This document shows, in pieces, positions 27,723 through 36,173 of a stretch of 64,000 bases of DNA. The DNA lies in the NCBI GenBank assembly GCA_964605505.1, contig CAZSDD010000001.1, forward strand, positions 32,840 to 96,839, in the 5' to 3' direction. The notes beneath the pieces are model-generated. The model was not told the DNA's origin and did not search any database. It was given only the letters and a program-made list of their open reading frames with translations. Both the position numbers and the translations under genes were made by a program. Position 1 is the stretch's first letter. Each line of letters starts with the position of its first letter. Source of the DNA: an uncultured Gemmatimonadaceae bacterium. Lineage in GTDB: Bacteria; Gemmatimonadota; Gemmatimonadetes; Longimicrobiales; Gaopeijiaceae.

Positions 27723-28529
27723 TCACCTGTTCTTGGCGGGTCCAGGGGCTCCTTCCCCGAGGGGGGTGATCTGGGGGGCTCCCGTGACCGGGTCCCTCCG
27801 GACCGCCACGGGCCAGCGGTAGACCGCCTCCAGGATCTCTTCCCGAAACACCTCCTGCACCCCTCCCTCCGCCGCCACCCTTCCCCCGTCCAGGAGGAGG
27901 ATCCGGTCCGAGAACCGGGCAGCCAGATTCATGTTATGGGTGATGACCATCACCGTCATTCCCTGGTTTGCCGATGCCCTCAGGAGTTGAAAGATGGACA
28001 TCTCGTGACGGACGTCCAGGCTGGCCGTGGGCTCGTCGAGAACCAGGGCCGTGGGCTCCTGGGCCAGGGCCCTGGCGATGCGAACCCGCTGGATCTCCCC
28101 TCCTGAAAGGGTGGTGACGTCCCGGCCCCCCAGATCCGCCACATCACAACGATGGAGGGCCTTCCTGATGGCTTCCCGGTCCCTGGCCCCCTCGGCATGG
28201 AGTGGCCCGAGATGAGGATAGCGACCCATGGCCACGAAATCCCGGACCGAGAGGGGGAAGGCCAGGTGCTCGTTCTGGGCCACGGCACCCACGGTCCTGG
28301 CCAGCTCCCGGCGGCTCCACTTCCCCGTCTCCTTCCCTTCCACCAGGGTGCTGCCGCCGGAGGGTCGAATGAGCCCCAGGAGGGCCCTCATGAGGGTGGA
28401 CTTGCCTGAGCCGTTGGGTCCCAGCACGGCGTAGAGGGCACCGTGGGGAACCGCCATGGTGACCCCGTCCAGAGCCGGGATATGAAACCTCCCGTAGCGC
28501 ACCACCAGATCCCGGGTCTGGAAAGTCAT
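27723..28529 (-). CDS. ABC transporter ATP-binding protein (FecE/BtuD-type, iron-chelate/cobalamin importer)
   Basis: Walker A GPNGSGKST, signature LSGGEIQRVRIA, Walker B LVLDEPT. Confidence 0.88.
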   Translation of the reverse strand: MTFQTRDLVVRYGRFHIPALDGVTMAVPHGALYAVLGPNGSGKSTLMRALLGLIRPSGGSTLVEGKETGKWSRRELARTVGAVAQNEHLAFPLSVRDFVAMGRYPHLGPLHAEGARDREAIRKALHRCDVADLGGRDVTTLSGGEIQRVRIARALAQEPTALVLDEPTASLDVRHEMSIFQLLRASANQGMTVMVITHNMNLAARFSDRILLLDGGRVAAEGGVQEVFREEILEAVYRWPVAVRRDPVTGAPQITPLGEGAPGPAKNR

Positions 28530-29515
28530 CCCGAGAGGCTCCGGCGGAGGAGGACGAGAAAGAGGGGCACCCCCAGAAAGGCCGTGATGACGCCGATGGG
28601 AATCTCCGTGGGATCCAGGATGAGGCGAGCCCCCACGTCGGCCAGCATGAGGAAGGCGGCCCCGGCCAGAAAGGAGAGGGGAAGGATCACACGCTGATCC
28701 GAGCCCACCAGGAGCCGGAGGATGTGGGGGATGATGAGGCCCACGAAGCCGATGATTCCGGCCACCGCCACCCCGGCAGCAGTGATGAGGGAGGCCACGG
28801 CGTAGGCGATCCGCTTCACCCGCTCCACATCGGTGCCCAGGTAGCTGGCCGTCTCCTCCCCCACGGCCATGAGGTTCAGGGCCCGGGCCAGTCCCATCAG
28901 GATCAACGTGGCCGGGAGGGTATAGGCCGCCACCACCGCGACGCTCTTCCAGGAGGCTCCGGCCAGGCTCCCCATCATCCAGAGAACGGCGCTCCGGACG
29001 GCCTGGGCCTCGGAGATGGACAGAATGAGGGCGATGACGGCCGTGAAGAAGGCCCCCACCACCACGCCGGCCAGGAGGAGGACCCGGACGTCCAGGCGCC
29101 GGTCTGCCGAGGCAGCCACCCCGAAAACCAGGAAGATGGCCAGAAGGGCGCCTCCGAATGCGGCGGCCGGCAAGAGGACGGAGCTCCGGGAGGCCAATCC
29201 CAGGGAGAGGACCGCCACGGCCCCCGCCGCAGACCCGCCGGAGATGCCCAGGATGTACGGCTCGGCCAGAGGGTTCCGCAGGAGAGCCTGGAACACGGAG
29301 CCGGAAAGGGCCAGGCCGCCCCCCACCAGGAGACCCAGGAGGGCTCTGGGAAGGCGGATCTCCAGGAGGATCCGACGGAAGATGGGATCCCCTTCTCCTG
29401 TGAGGATCTGGAGCGTCTGAAGGGTTGTGAGGGACACGTGGCCCAGCCGGATGTTCAGAAAAAACGCTGCCCCAAGCCCGGCCAGCAGGAGGAGGGTCAG
29501 AAGGCGCCGGTTCAC
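28526..29515 (-). CDS. ABC importer permease (FecCD/BtuC family)
   Basis: IRLPRALLGLLVGGGLALSGSVFQALLRNPLAEPYILGISGG ... is typical FecCD. The GTG start at 29515 overlaps the upstream stop (GTGA). The rest of the 649-aa ORF is an out-of-frame overlap with the binding-protein gene. Confidence 0.88.
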   Translation of the reverse strand: MNRRLLTLLLLAGLGAAFFLNIRLGHVSLTTLQTLQILTGEGDPIFRRILLEIRLPRALLGLLVGGGLALSGSVFQALLRNPLAEPYILGISGGSAAGAVAVLSLGLASRSSVLLPAAAFGGALLAIFLVFGVAASADRRLDVRVLLLAGVVVGAFFTAVIALILSISEAQAVRSAVLWMMGSLAGASWKSVAVVAAYTLPATLILMGLARALNLMAVGEETASYLGTDVERVKRIAYAVASLITAAGVAVAGIIGFVGLIIPHILRLLVGSDQRVILPLSFLAGAAFLMLADVGARLILDPTEIPIGVITAFLGVPLFLVLLRRSLSG

Positions 29516-30423
29516 CGGAAAACCCCGGGATGGAGGATGCGGGCCAGATCCCACGCCTGTCGAGCCAGATCCGGCCCCGGGATCTCCAGCTCCGGAGAGA
29601 CCCTCCGAAGAGGGACGGGGATTCTGGGGAGGAGCACCTCGATGCCCTCCGGGGCGAGGATGAGATCCATGTCCCGAACCAGGAATGCCTCGGCGTTCAC
29701 CGGCCCGTAGAGACCCTCGAGGTCGGCGAAGACGTTCACGCCACCAGCCAGCTCCAGAAGCTCGTGGAGGTAACTCCCGGGCCCGGCCACCCATGGGGGA
29801 CTCCCGCCGAGGAGATAGGCCACCCGCACCGGAGGTCTTCCGGCGACACGGGCTTCGAGACGTTCCAGGTCCCGGGCCATTGCGCCCAGAATGCTGTCGG
29901 CCTCCTTCTCCCTGCCGGTAATCCTGCCAAGGTGCCGGATGGTTCGCCGAATGTCCCGGAGGCCATCGGGCCGGACGGCCAGATGGGCAATGCCCAGATC
30001 GTCGAGGCGCAGGGAGGTGGTGGGATCCGATTCTCCGCCGAAGCGGATTACCAGGTCCGGGTCCAAAGCCATGACCGCTTCCAGACTCGGATTCAGCCCG
30101 CCTCCCACCGAGGGTAGATGGGCCAGTGCCCCGGCGGTGTCGAAATCCGTTCGCCCCGCCAGGCGCTCGCCTGCCCCCAGGGCCAGCAGGATCCGGGAAG
30201 CGGAAGGAACCAGGGAGATGACACGTCGGGGAGGATCCCTGAAGAGGATGGTGTCGCCGGAAGCGTCCACCAGCCGGAGGGGAAATCCTTCCGAAGGCTC
30301 CTCCTCCCTCTCCTCCTCCCGGGAGCTTTCGACACCGCAGCCCGGAACCAGCAGGAGGAGCGGGAGGAGGAGCGGGAAGAGAAGGGCCGCCCTCACGCCC
30401 CGCCGTCTCCGGAGTCCCCACAT
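29512..30423 (-). CDS. periplasmic/lipoprotein substrate-binding protein (BtuF/FecB-like, class III)
   Basis: Lipobox LLLVPGCG. RVISLVPSASRILLALGAGERLAGRTDF ... SLEAVMALDPDLVI matches the BtuF/FhuD-type pattern. Start ATG 30423. Confidence 0.8.
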   Translation of the reverse strand: MWGLRRRRGVRAALLFPLLLPLLLLVPGCGVESSREEEREEEPSEGFPLRLVDASGDTILFRDPPRRVISLVPSASRILLALGAGERLAGRTDFDTAGALAHLPSVGGGLNPSLEAVMALDPDLVIRFGGESDPTTSLRLDDLGIAHLAVRPDGLRDIRRTIRHLGRITGREKEADSILGAMARDLERLEARVAGRPPVRVAYLLGGSPPWVAGPGSYLHELLELAGGVNVFADLEGLYGPVNAEAFLVRDMDLILAPEGIEVLLPRIPVPLRRVSPELEIPGPDLARQAWDLARILHPGVFR

Positions 30424-31397
30424 GGATCCTGGTAGGTGAGGACCCAGCCGTCGGGGCCCCGCTCCAGGGCTGCAAACCAGCGCGCTTCTTCTCCCATGAC
30501 CTCCAGGAGGATCTCCTGGTCTCCGTCCCGGTCCCAATCCAGGCGGGAGAAGTACCGGGGAGCTCCCTTTCCGTCCTCCCCCACCTTCCGGTACCAGGTG
30601 AAGGCGAGGTCGAAGGTGGAGCCCCGGGGCTCGCCGAGAATCATGAGGGCGTATGCGCTGTCCGGGGCCGGACCCACCCGGAGGTCATCCCCATGGACGA
30701 AGGTAGCCATGACGGCCGGCGCTCCTGCTCCAGGGAGCTCGAACACCTGGATATCCCGCCGGGTTTCCAGGAGAGAGGCGGGCCAGGAAGCCCCTACCAG
30801 GGGAATGGCTTCGGCACCCAGGTTCAAAGAGGCCACTCGCTGGTCGTATACGCTGCCAAGAGTCTGAAAGGGCCCGAAGCCAAATCCCGAAACCCGTTCC
30901 GGTTCCAGCGCGATGAATCTCTCGGCCTCGGCAGCCTCCGGTACCAGCTGGAGTCGGCCGACGGCCTGGGCCCGGACCCCGCAATAGGGCTCCGTGACCA
31001 GCTTCGCCTCTTCCACTTCCACTGTGCCCACCCGGACGCCCTGGTGGAAGAGGGACAGGGCCGTCCCGGGAGCCAGGCGCCGGCTCAGGAGCTGCCGGGA
31101 CGCTTCCTCGCTTTCCGGGGCTGGGGGCAGAGGCTGAAGGCCCTCCTCGGTAAGGACCGCCACCGGGAAGATCCGGACCGCGTCTCCCTCACGGAGGCCC
31201 GCGTAGAGAAAGGGACCCGGGTCCTGGTCCCGTGGCTCGGGCTGGGTGGCCTGTCCCGAATCCGGGGCCGGGGCCGCGGAGTCGGCCGCAGGAGCCCGGA
31301 GTGCCACCTCGATGCCGCCCCAGGATACGTTGTCGCAAGCAGATGCGGCGCTTACAATGCCAACCAAAAGGAGCCAGTGGGGTACTCTTCCGATCAT
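30393..31397 (-). CDS. hypothetical lipoprotein, first gene of the ABC importer operon
   Basis: Signal peptide plus Cys (LLLVGIVSAASAC). I recognise no family. The C-terminus contains DWDRDGDQEILLEV (FG-GAP/calcium-loop-like). It overlaps the next gene by 31 nt. The ATG at 31397 is preferred over the TTG at 31400. Confidence 0.6.
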   Translation of the reverse strand: MIGRVPHWLLLVGIVSAASACDNVSWGGIEVALRAPAADSAAPAPDSGQATQPEPRDQDPGPFLYAGLREGDAVRIFPVAVLTEEGLQPLPPAPESEEASRQLLSRRLAPGTALSLFHQGVRVGTVEVEEAKLVTEPYCGVRAQAVGRLQLVPEAAEAERFIALEPERVSGFGFGPFQTLGSVYDQRVASLNLGAEAIPLVGASWPASLLETRRDIQVFELPGAGAPAVMATFVHGDDLRVGPAPDSAYALMILGEPRGSTFDLAFTWYRKVGEDGKGAPRYFSRLDWDRDGDQEILLEVMGEEARWFAALERGPDGWVLTYQDPCGDSGDGGA

Positions 31398-31590
31398 CAA
31401 TTCCCTTCAATCCCCCCCGGCCGGGCGCCAGGGACGGCCCGCCGGAGCACCCTGAAAGTTCCAGAAATGGGAGAAACCCGAAGAAAGCACATAAAAGCTA
31501 GGGTGCCAGGTGGGCAGAGGCAAAAGGGAGGAGCCGGAGTCCCTGCCCAGTGGGGGTTCCGGAGGGATCGAACGGTCAGGCAGGGAGAGA

Positions 31591-32064
31591 ATGGTCGAAG
31601 AGATGAAGTTCCGAACCGTCATGGGACATTTCGCAACCGGCGTGACGGTGGTGACCACCCGGGACGGAGGCGCGACTCCCCTGGGCCTTACCGTAAGCGC
31701 GTTTACCTCCGTCTCTCTGCGACCCCTTCAGGTCCTCATCTGTGTCCATAAGAATGCCGGGCCGCACGATGCCATTCTGAAAAGCAGGAGCTTTGCCGTG
31801 AACGTCCTTTCGGCAGATCAGGCGCACCTGGCTACCCGGTTCGCCACAGGCCCCACGGGGGAGCGCTTCCGGGGGCTGGAATTTCGAGATGACCCGCTGG
31901 GCAATCCGCTTCTGCCCGGTTTGGCCTGGCTGACCTGCCGCGTTCGGGAAGTCTGGCCCGGAGGGGACCACTCGGTGATCCTGGGAGAGGTTCAGGATTG
32001 TGACGCCCGGGAGGGTCGGCCCCTCCTCTTCTTCAAGGGACGTCTCGAAGGCAGGATCTCGTGA
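31591..32064 (+). CDS. flavin reductase (HpaC/NADH:FMN oxidoreductase family)
   Basis: FRTVMGHFATGVTVVTT ... GLTVSAFTSVSLRPLQVLICV ... SVILGEV is a classic flavin reductase domain. The start is ATG 31591 or ATG 31603. Confidence 0.85.
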   Translation: MVEEMKFRTVMGHFATGVTVVTTRDGGATPLGLTVSAFTSVSLRPLQVLICVHKNAGPHDAILKSRSFAVNVLSADQAHLATRFATGPTGERFRGLEFRDDPLGNPLLPGLAWLTCRVREVWPGGDHSVILGEVQDCDAREGRPLLFFKGRLEGRIS

Positions 32065-33362
32065 GTCGCGGCCGATCCGTGCTGGGAGCCCTGCCCCCTT
32101 TCGTCATCGGATTGGCCGGAGCCGGAGTCGCGGAGATCTCCGCCACCCTCCTCCTTTATTCCGCCGAGGGGTTCCTTCCGGCGTTGACCCTGATCCTCAC
32201 CGTCGAAGCCGGAGCCTTCGCCCTGGGCTTGTGGAGCGGTTCGGCGCAGGTGGGATCCGTCAGTGTGGAGCAGCTCCGGCTCCGGTGGCTCTTTGCCCTG
32301 GTAGCCCTGTCCCTGGCGGCTGCGTTCTCCACGGGGATGACGGTCATGGAGGAGGTGTTCAGGGGGGGGCTGTGGCAGGGGTTCGGCCTGGCCTTCCTGG
32401 GAAGCCTTCCCCTTTTCGCCCTGGGCTCCCTCCTGGCGGCCATGGGAAGATCCCGGCCTTCCGGGGCCTGGAAACCGGGGGTGTCGGCGGCCTTTGGGCT
32501 GGCGGCGGGCTTTCTCCTTACCGGCGTGCTCCTGCTCCCGAACATGGCTCCCTACACCTTCTATCTCCTCCTCCTCTCGGCCCTATCCGGCGGCGCCCTC
32601 CTTCACGGCTGGGTCCTGGACGGGCGTCTCCAGGCCTCGGTGGTGGAGGAGATTCCCACCCCCCGGGGCATGGCAAGGGTGGAGGACCGCCGCACCGGTG
32701 CAGCCGGGCTCCAGTGGCGCGTCATCCTGGAGGGAGGGCGCGTTCGGGCCCGGGAGAGTGTGGACGGAAGGAGCGGACGGGGATGGGAGAACGCCGTCCT
32801 GGAAGGGTTGAAAGAAGGGGAACATTGTCCGAGCCCCGTCCTTTTCCTGGGAGGAGGGGGGGGCACCCTGGCCCGGCTTCTCCTGGACGACTTTCCTGAA
32901 GTGGACCTCCTGGTGGTGGAGGAGAGCCGGGAGGTGCTGCGGCTGGCCCGGAAACACCTCCGGCCGTTCCCTGGTTGGGAACGGGTGCGGTGCGAGATGG
33001 GTCGTCCCTGGCGGATACTGGAGGAACTGGAGATGACGTTTCCCCTCCTCCTGGTGGACCTGGAGGCGGTTCCGTCCCTGGGACCGATCCCGGACATCCC
33101 CGCCCGGGTGTGGAAGGAGATGGCTTGCCGGGCGGGGGCTGAAGGCCTGGTCGTATTGGGAGGGCTCGCCCTCCGGGATCGGTTGGGGAAAGCCCCTGTG
33201 GAAGGCCTCCTCAGGGAGGCTTCCCGGCACTTCGCGACAGGGGTCGTCTATGAAGGAGACGAGGAGGCCTTCCTCTTCGCCTCCGGATCCCGGGCCCCCA
33301 TCTGGCCCCGGGTCCTCCCGGGGTTCCGCGCCACGGTGTCCACTGAAGATCTGGACGGGTAG
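32061..33362 (+). CDS. membrane protein fused to a spermidine-synthase-like (class I SAM-MTase fold) domain
   Basis: About 190 aa of hydrophobic helices are followed by VLFLGGGGGTLARLLLDDFPEVDLLVVEESREVLRLARKHL. The GTG start overlaps the flavin reductase stop (GTGA). Confidence 0.7.
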   Translation: MSRGRSVLGALPPFVIGLAGAGVAEISATLLLYSAEGFLPALTLILTVEAGAFALGLWSGSAQVGSVSVEQLRLRWLFALVALSLAAAFSTGMTVMEEVFRGGLWQGFGLAFLGSLPLFALGSLLAAMGRSRPSGAWKPGVSAAFGLAAGFLLTGVLLLPNMAPYTFYLLLLSALSGGALLHGWVLDGRLQASVVEEIPTPRGMARVEDRRTGAAGLQWRVILEGGRVRARESVDGRSGRGWENAVLEGLKEGEHCPSPVLFLGGGGGTLARLLLDDFPEVDLLVVEESREVLRLARKHLRPFPGWERVRCEMGRPWRILEELEMTFPLLLVDLEAVPSLGPIPDIPARVWKEMACRAGAEGLVVLGGLALRDRLGKAPVEGLLREASRHFATGVVYEGDEEAFLFASGSRAPIWPRVLPGFRATVSTEDLDG

Positions 33363-33365
33363 CCG

Positions 33366-36173
33366 ATGCTACTGGCCCATCTTTCGGACCTGCACCTCGG
33401 CCACCGGGCCTATGACAGGGTGGAAGAGGGGAGAAACGTCCGGGAGAGGGATGTGGCCGCCGCCTTCCAACGTGCCGTCCAGGAGGTGATCCGGCTCAAG
33501 CCCGACCTTGTTCTTCTCGTGGGTGACATCTTCGATCGTCCGGATCCGCCCCCCAGCGCCCTGGTGGAGATGGCCCGGGGGTTGGAGGCCTTTCGGAGCG
33601 CCATTCCCGGCGCCCTGATCTTCATGGTGGCGGGGGCCCGGGATACCCCCAGGCCGGTGTCGGACCCCGGGGCCCTGGCGGCCCTGGATCCCTTTCCCCA
33701 GGTGGAGGCAGTGACGGGCACGGCGCGTTCAATCTTCCTCAGGGAAATGGAAACCCACCTCTACCTCATTCCCCACGGGGCGGTGGTCCGCCGGCCCTAT
33801 CCGGAGTTGAGGGTTCACCCGGAGGCCCGGTGGAACATCCTCCTGGCCTATGCCGGGGTGGGAACGGGTCCGGGGCCGGGATTGCCCCTGGACCCGGCTC
33901 CATGGGACTACGTGGCCCTGGGACACCTGCATCAGCGCCAGCAGGTAGCCCCCCGGGTCTTCTATCCCGGATCCCTGGAGCGGGTGGGGCCTGAGCCATG
34001 GAGGGAAGCAGCTCAGGAGAAGGGCTTCCTGACTTTCGACATGGAACGAGGGGTGTCTCGCTTTCATGCCATTCCCGGGCGGGCGGTGGTGGCACTGGCG
34101 CCCATACGGATCCCTCACGGCGAGGGTTCACACCTTGCGGAACGGGTCCGGGAAGTCCTGGGGGAAGTGCCCGGCGGCATCGACGGAAAGATCGTGCGGC
34201 TCCGGATCGAGGGACTCTCTCCCCAGGAGGTGAAGCGGCAGGACCGGAATCTCTTCTCTCCCCTCTGGAACCAGGCTCTCCACCTTGCCATCGAGGTGGA
34301 CGACTTCCACGACATGGGAGACGAAAATCGTCTTCCCCTGGTTTCCCGGGATCGGGGCTTCGCCCTTCGGGCCCTTCGGGAGCAGATCCGCGCCGGAGGC
34401 GGGAAGGAGGTTTCGCGGCTGCTGGATGAGCTGTCTTCCGACGCCACGCTCCCGGAAGATTCCCCCGGGAGGGAAGAGGATCTCCTGCTGAGAGAGCTCC
34501 ACGGGTCCCACCTCCCGTACCTGGGCTCTCTGAGCATGGAGGCCCAGGAGGGGCTTCTGGCCTGGATGGGCGGGGACGGCCGGGACCTCAGGTCCTTCGC
34601 TTCCACACTCCTATGGGGAGTGGGACTCTCTCCGGGGCTGCCGGGACAGAAGGGGGCGGAGGGAATGAAGCCGGAGCCTTCTGTGGCCATTCGCCTGGGG
34701 CTCAGGGAGGGAAGCTTCTGGGTCGGGAACGGTCCCGCGGGCAGCGGCTCCCTTCCGGGAAGAGGTGGCGAGACCCGGCCGGACTGGGGCCTTCGCCGGG
34801 AAGGCGTGGCCCTGGCCTGGTGCGGAGTGGGAGGTGAGACGCCGGAAGCCTTGCTGGAGAAGGGGGCACGTCTTCTGGCCGTTGCCAGGGGAGTGGAAGA
34901 CCTGGGGGCGCTGAAGGAGAAGCTCTGGAAGCTGCACCCCGGATTGAAGGACGGCCCGGACCTGGGCAGGCTGTCGCCCCAGGACTATGAGCGGCTGCGC
35001 CTGGAATCGGAGATGGCGGACCTCCAGGCCCAGCTCCGGGCCCTGGAGGACGTACCCGACCGGGTCATGGAGCTGGAGAGTAGGCTCCGGGAGCTCCGGG
35101 CCGAATATGCCGAGGTCATAGGAGATCTGGATGCCGGGACCATGGATTGGCACCGGGAGCGGCAGGATGCCGAGACCCATCTCCACGCCTACCGGGACCG
35201 GGGGCGGGAGGTCCGGGACCGGATTCGTAAACTGGAGTCCCTGGGGTCAGAGAGTCCCTGCCCCACCTGTGGCCGGCTCCTGGAAGAGCATTCCCAGAAG
35301 GTCCTGGAAAAGCTCCGGGAGGAGTGGGAGGGTCTGGTTCAGGACGGGCAGTGGTGGAGGAAGCGGTGGGAGCAGCTGGAGGCGAAACCGGAAGGCCTCA
35401 GAGATCTGGAAGGCAGGTCCCTGCGCATCAACGCAGAGCAGGAGGCCCTCACGGAGGAGCTGGAGCGGGCCCGCTCCTCCCTCCGGGAGCGAGACGAGAT
35501 CCGGGACCGGGAAAAGGAGGTCCAGCTTCGCCGGGAGCAGTTGGATGGCGAGGGTGGAGGCGGACGAGGGGCGGGTGAGGGCGGGACAGGGGTTCCGGGG
35601 CCCGGTGCCCCGGGGGTCCCTGAGGAGGCCCGGGTGCTCTTCAAACTGGTAAAGGGTCTCCTTCAGGAGATCATGGAGGAGAGTCGGGTTCGCCTGTTGC
35701 ACCGTGGAGGACGGCGTTTGAACCGGCTCACCGGTGGGCGCATCCTGGGGTTGGAGGTGGAGGGATGGGAGGGAGAGGTTCAACTGGTGGAGGGGGGAGG
35801 AACAGGGGGCGTTGAGACGGACCAGGACCGGGCCGCCGCCGTTGTAGCCCTTCGCATGGCTCTGGTGGAGCTCCTGGCCGAGGAGTGGAGCACCCTGGGC
35901 TCCTTCGTCCTGGGGGATCCCTTCGATCGAATGGGGGAGGAGGATCAGCTCCGCTGCCTGAGCCTCCTGAGGGGGGTCCTGTTCCGGATCCCCCAGATCA
36001 TGCTTCTGACCCGAGGCTCCGTGGTGGAGCGTGCGCCGGAGTTTTTCGACGGCCTCTTCGAGTTCCGGGAAGCTCCCGCCGAAGGGCTCCCTCCCCTCCG
36101 GTCCCTGCCGGCGGGTGTCGGGATGTTGCGGATCCGTCAGGAGACCAGCGTGACTTCAGGGAATGGCTCCTAA
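33366..36173 (+). CDS. single-chain SbcD/Mre11-like phosphoesterase fused to an SbcC/Rad50-like coiled-coil/zinc-hook protein; catalytic motifs look partly degenerate
   Basis: The N-terminus has Mre11 motifs I (LSDLHLGH), II (LVGDIFD) and V (ALGHLH). The GNHD position reads GARD and the motif IV His position reads LLAYAG. A mid-protein coiled coil carries CPTCGR (aa 632-635, nt 35259-35270). The Walker A position reads GGDGRDLRS, the signature position ETDQD, Walker B VLGDPF, and the H-loop LLTR. Confidence 0.7.
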   Translation: MLLAHLSDLHLGHRAYDRVEEGRNVRERDVAAAFQRAVQEVIRLKPDLVLLVGDIFDRPDPPPSALVEMARGLEAFRSAIPGALIFMVAGARDTPRPVSDPGALAALDPFPQVEAVTGTARSIFLREMETHLYLIPHGAVVRRPYPELRVHPEARWNILLAYAGVGTGPGPGLPLDPAPWDYVALGHLHQRQQVAPRVFYPGSLERVGPEPWREAAQEKGFLTFDMERGVSRFHAIPGRAVVALAPIRIPHGEGSHLAERVREVLGEVPGGIDGKIVRLRIEGLSPQEVKRQDRNLFSPLWNQALHLAIEVDDFHDMGDENRLPLVSRDRGFALRALREQIRAGGGKEVSRLLDELSSDATLPEDSPGREEDLLLRELHGSHLPYLGSLSMEAQEGLLAWMGGDGRDLRSFASTLLWGVGLSPGLPGQKGAEGMKPEPSVAIRLGLREGSFWVGNGPAGSGSLPGRGGETRPDWGLRREGVALAWCGVGGETPEALLEKGARLLAVARGVEDLGALKEKLWKLHPGLKDGPDLGRLSPQDYERLRLESEMADLQAQLRALEDVPDRVMELESRLRELRAEYAEVIGDLDAGTMDWHRERQDAETHLHAYRDRGREVRDRIRKLESLGSESPCPTCGRLLEEHSQKVLEKLREEWEGLVQDGQWWRKRWEQLEAKPEGLRDLEGRSLRINAEQEALTEELERARSSLRERDEIRDREKEVQLRREQLDGEGGGGRGAGEGGTGVPGPGAPGVPEEARVLFKLVKGLLQEIMEESRVRLLHRGGRRLNRLTGGRILGLEVEGWEGEVQLVEGGGTGGVETDQDRAAAVVALRMALVELLAEEWSTLGSFVLGDPFDRMGEEDQLRCLSLLRGVLFRIPQIMLLTRGSVVERAPEFFDGLFEFREAPAEGLPPLRSLPAGVGMLRIRQETSVTSGNGS

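Noticed and set aside
31532-31547. AGCCGGAGTCCCTGCC on the plus strand resembles the cobalamin-riboswitch B12 box (AGCCAGGAGACCTGCC-like). It lies next to a BtuFCD-like operon.
   Set aside because: It is on the wrong strand for the importer operon. It has an extra nucleotide relative to the box. I cannot find the other conserved cores (GCCACTG, GGTG...AAxCC) upstream. It overlaps the likely Shine-Dalgarno/leader of the flavin reductase gene. A cmscan with the cobalamin model over 31400-31600 on both strands would settle it.
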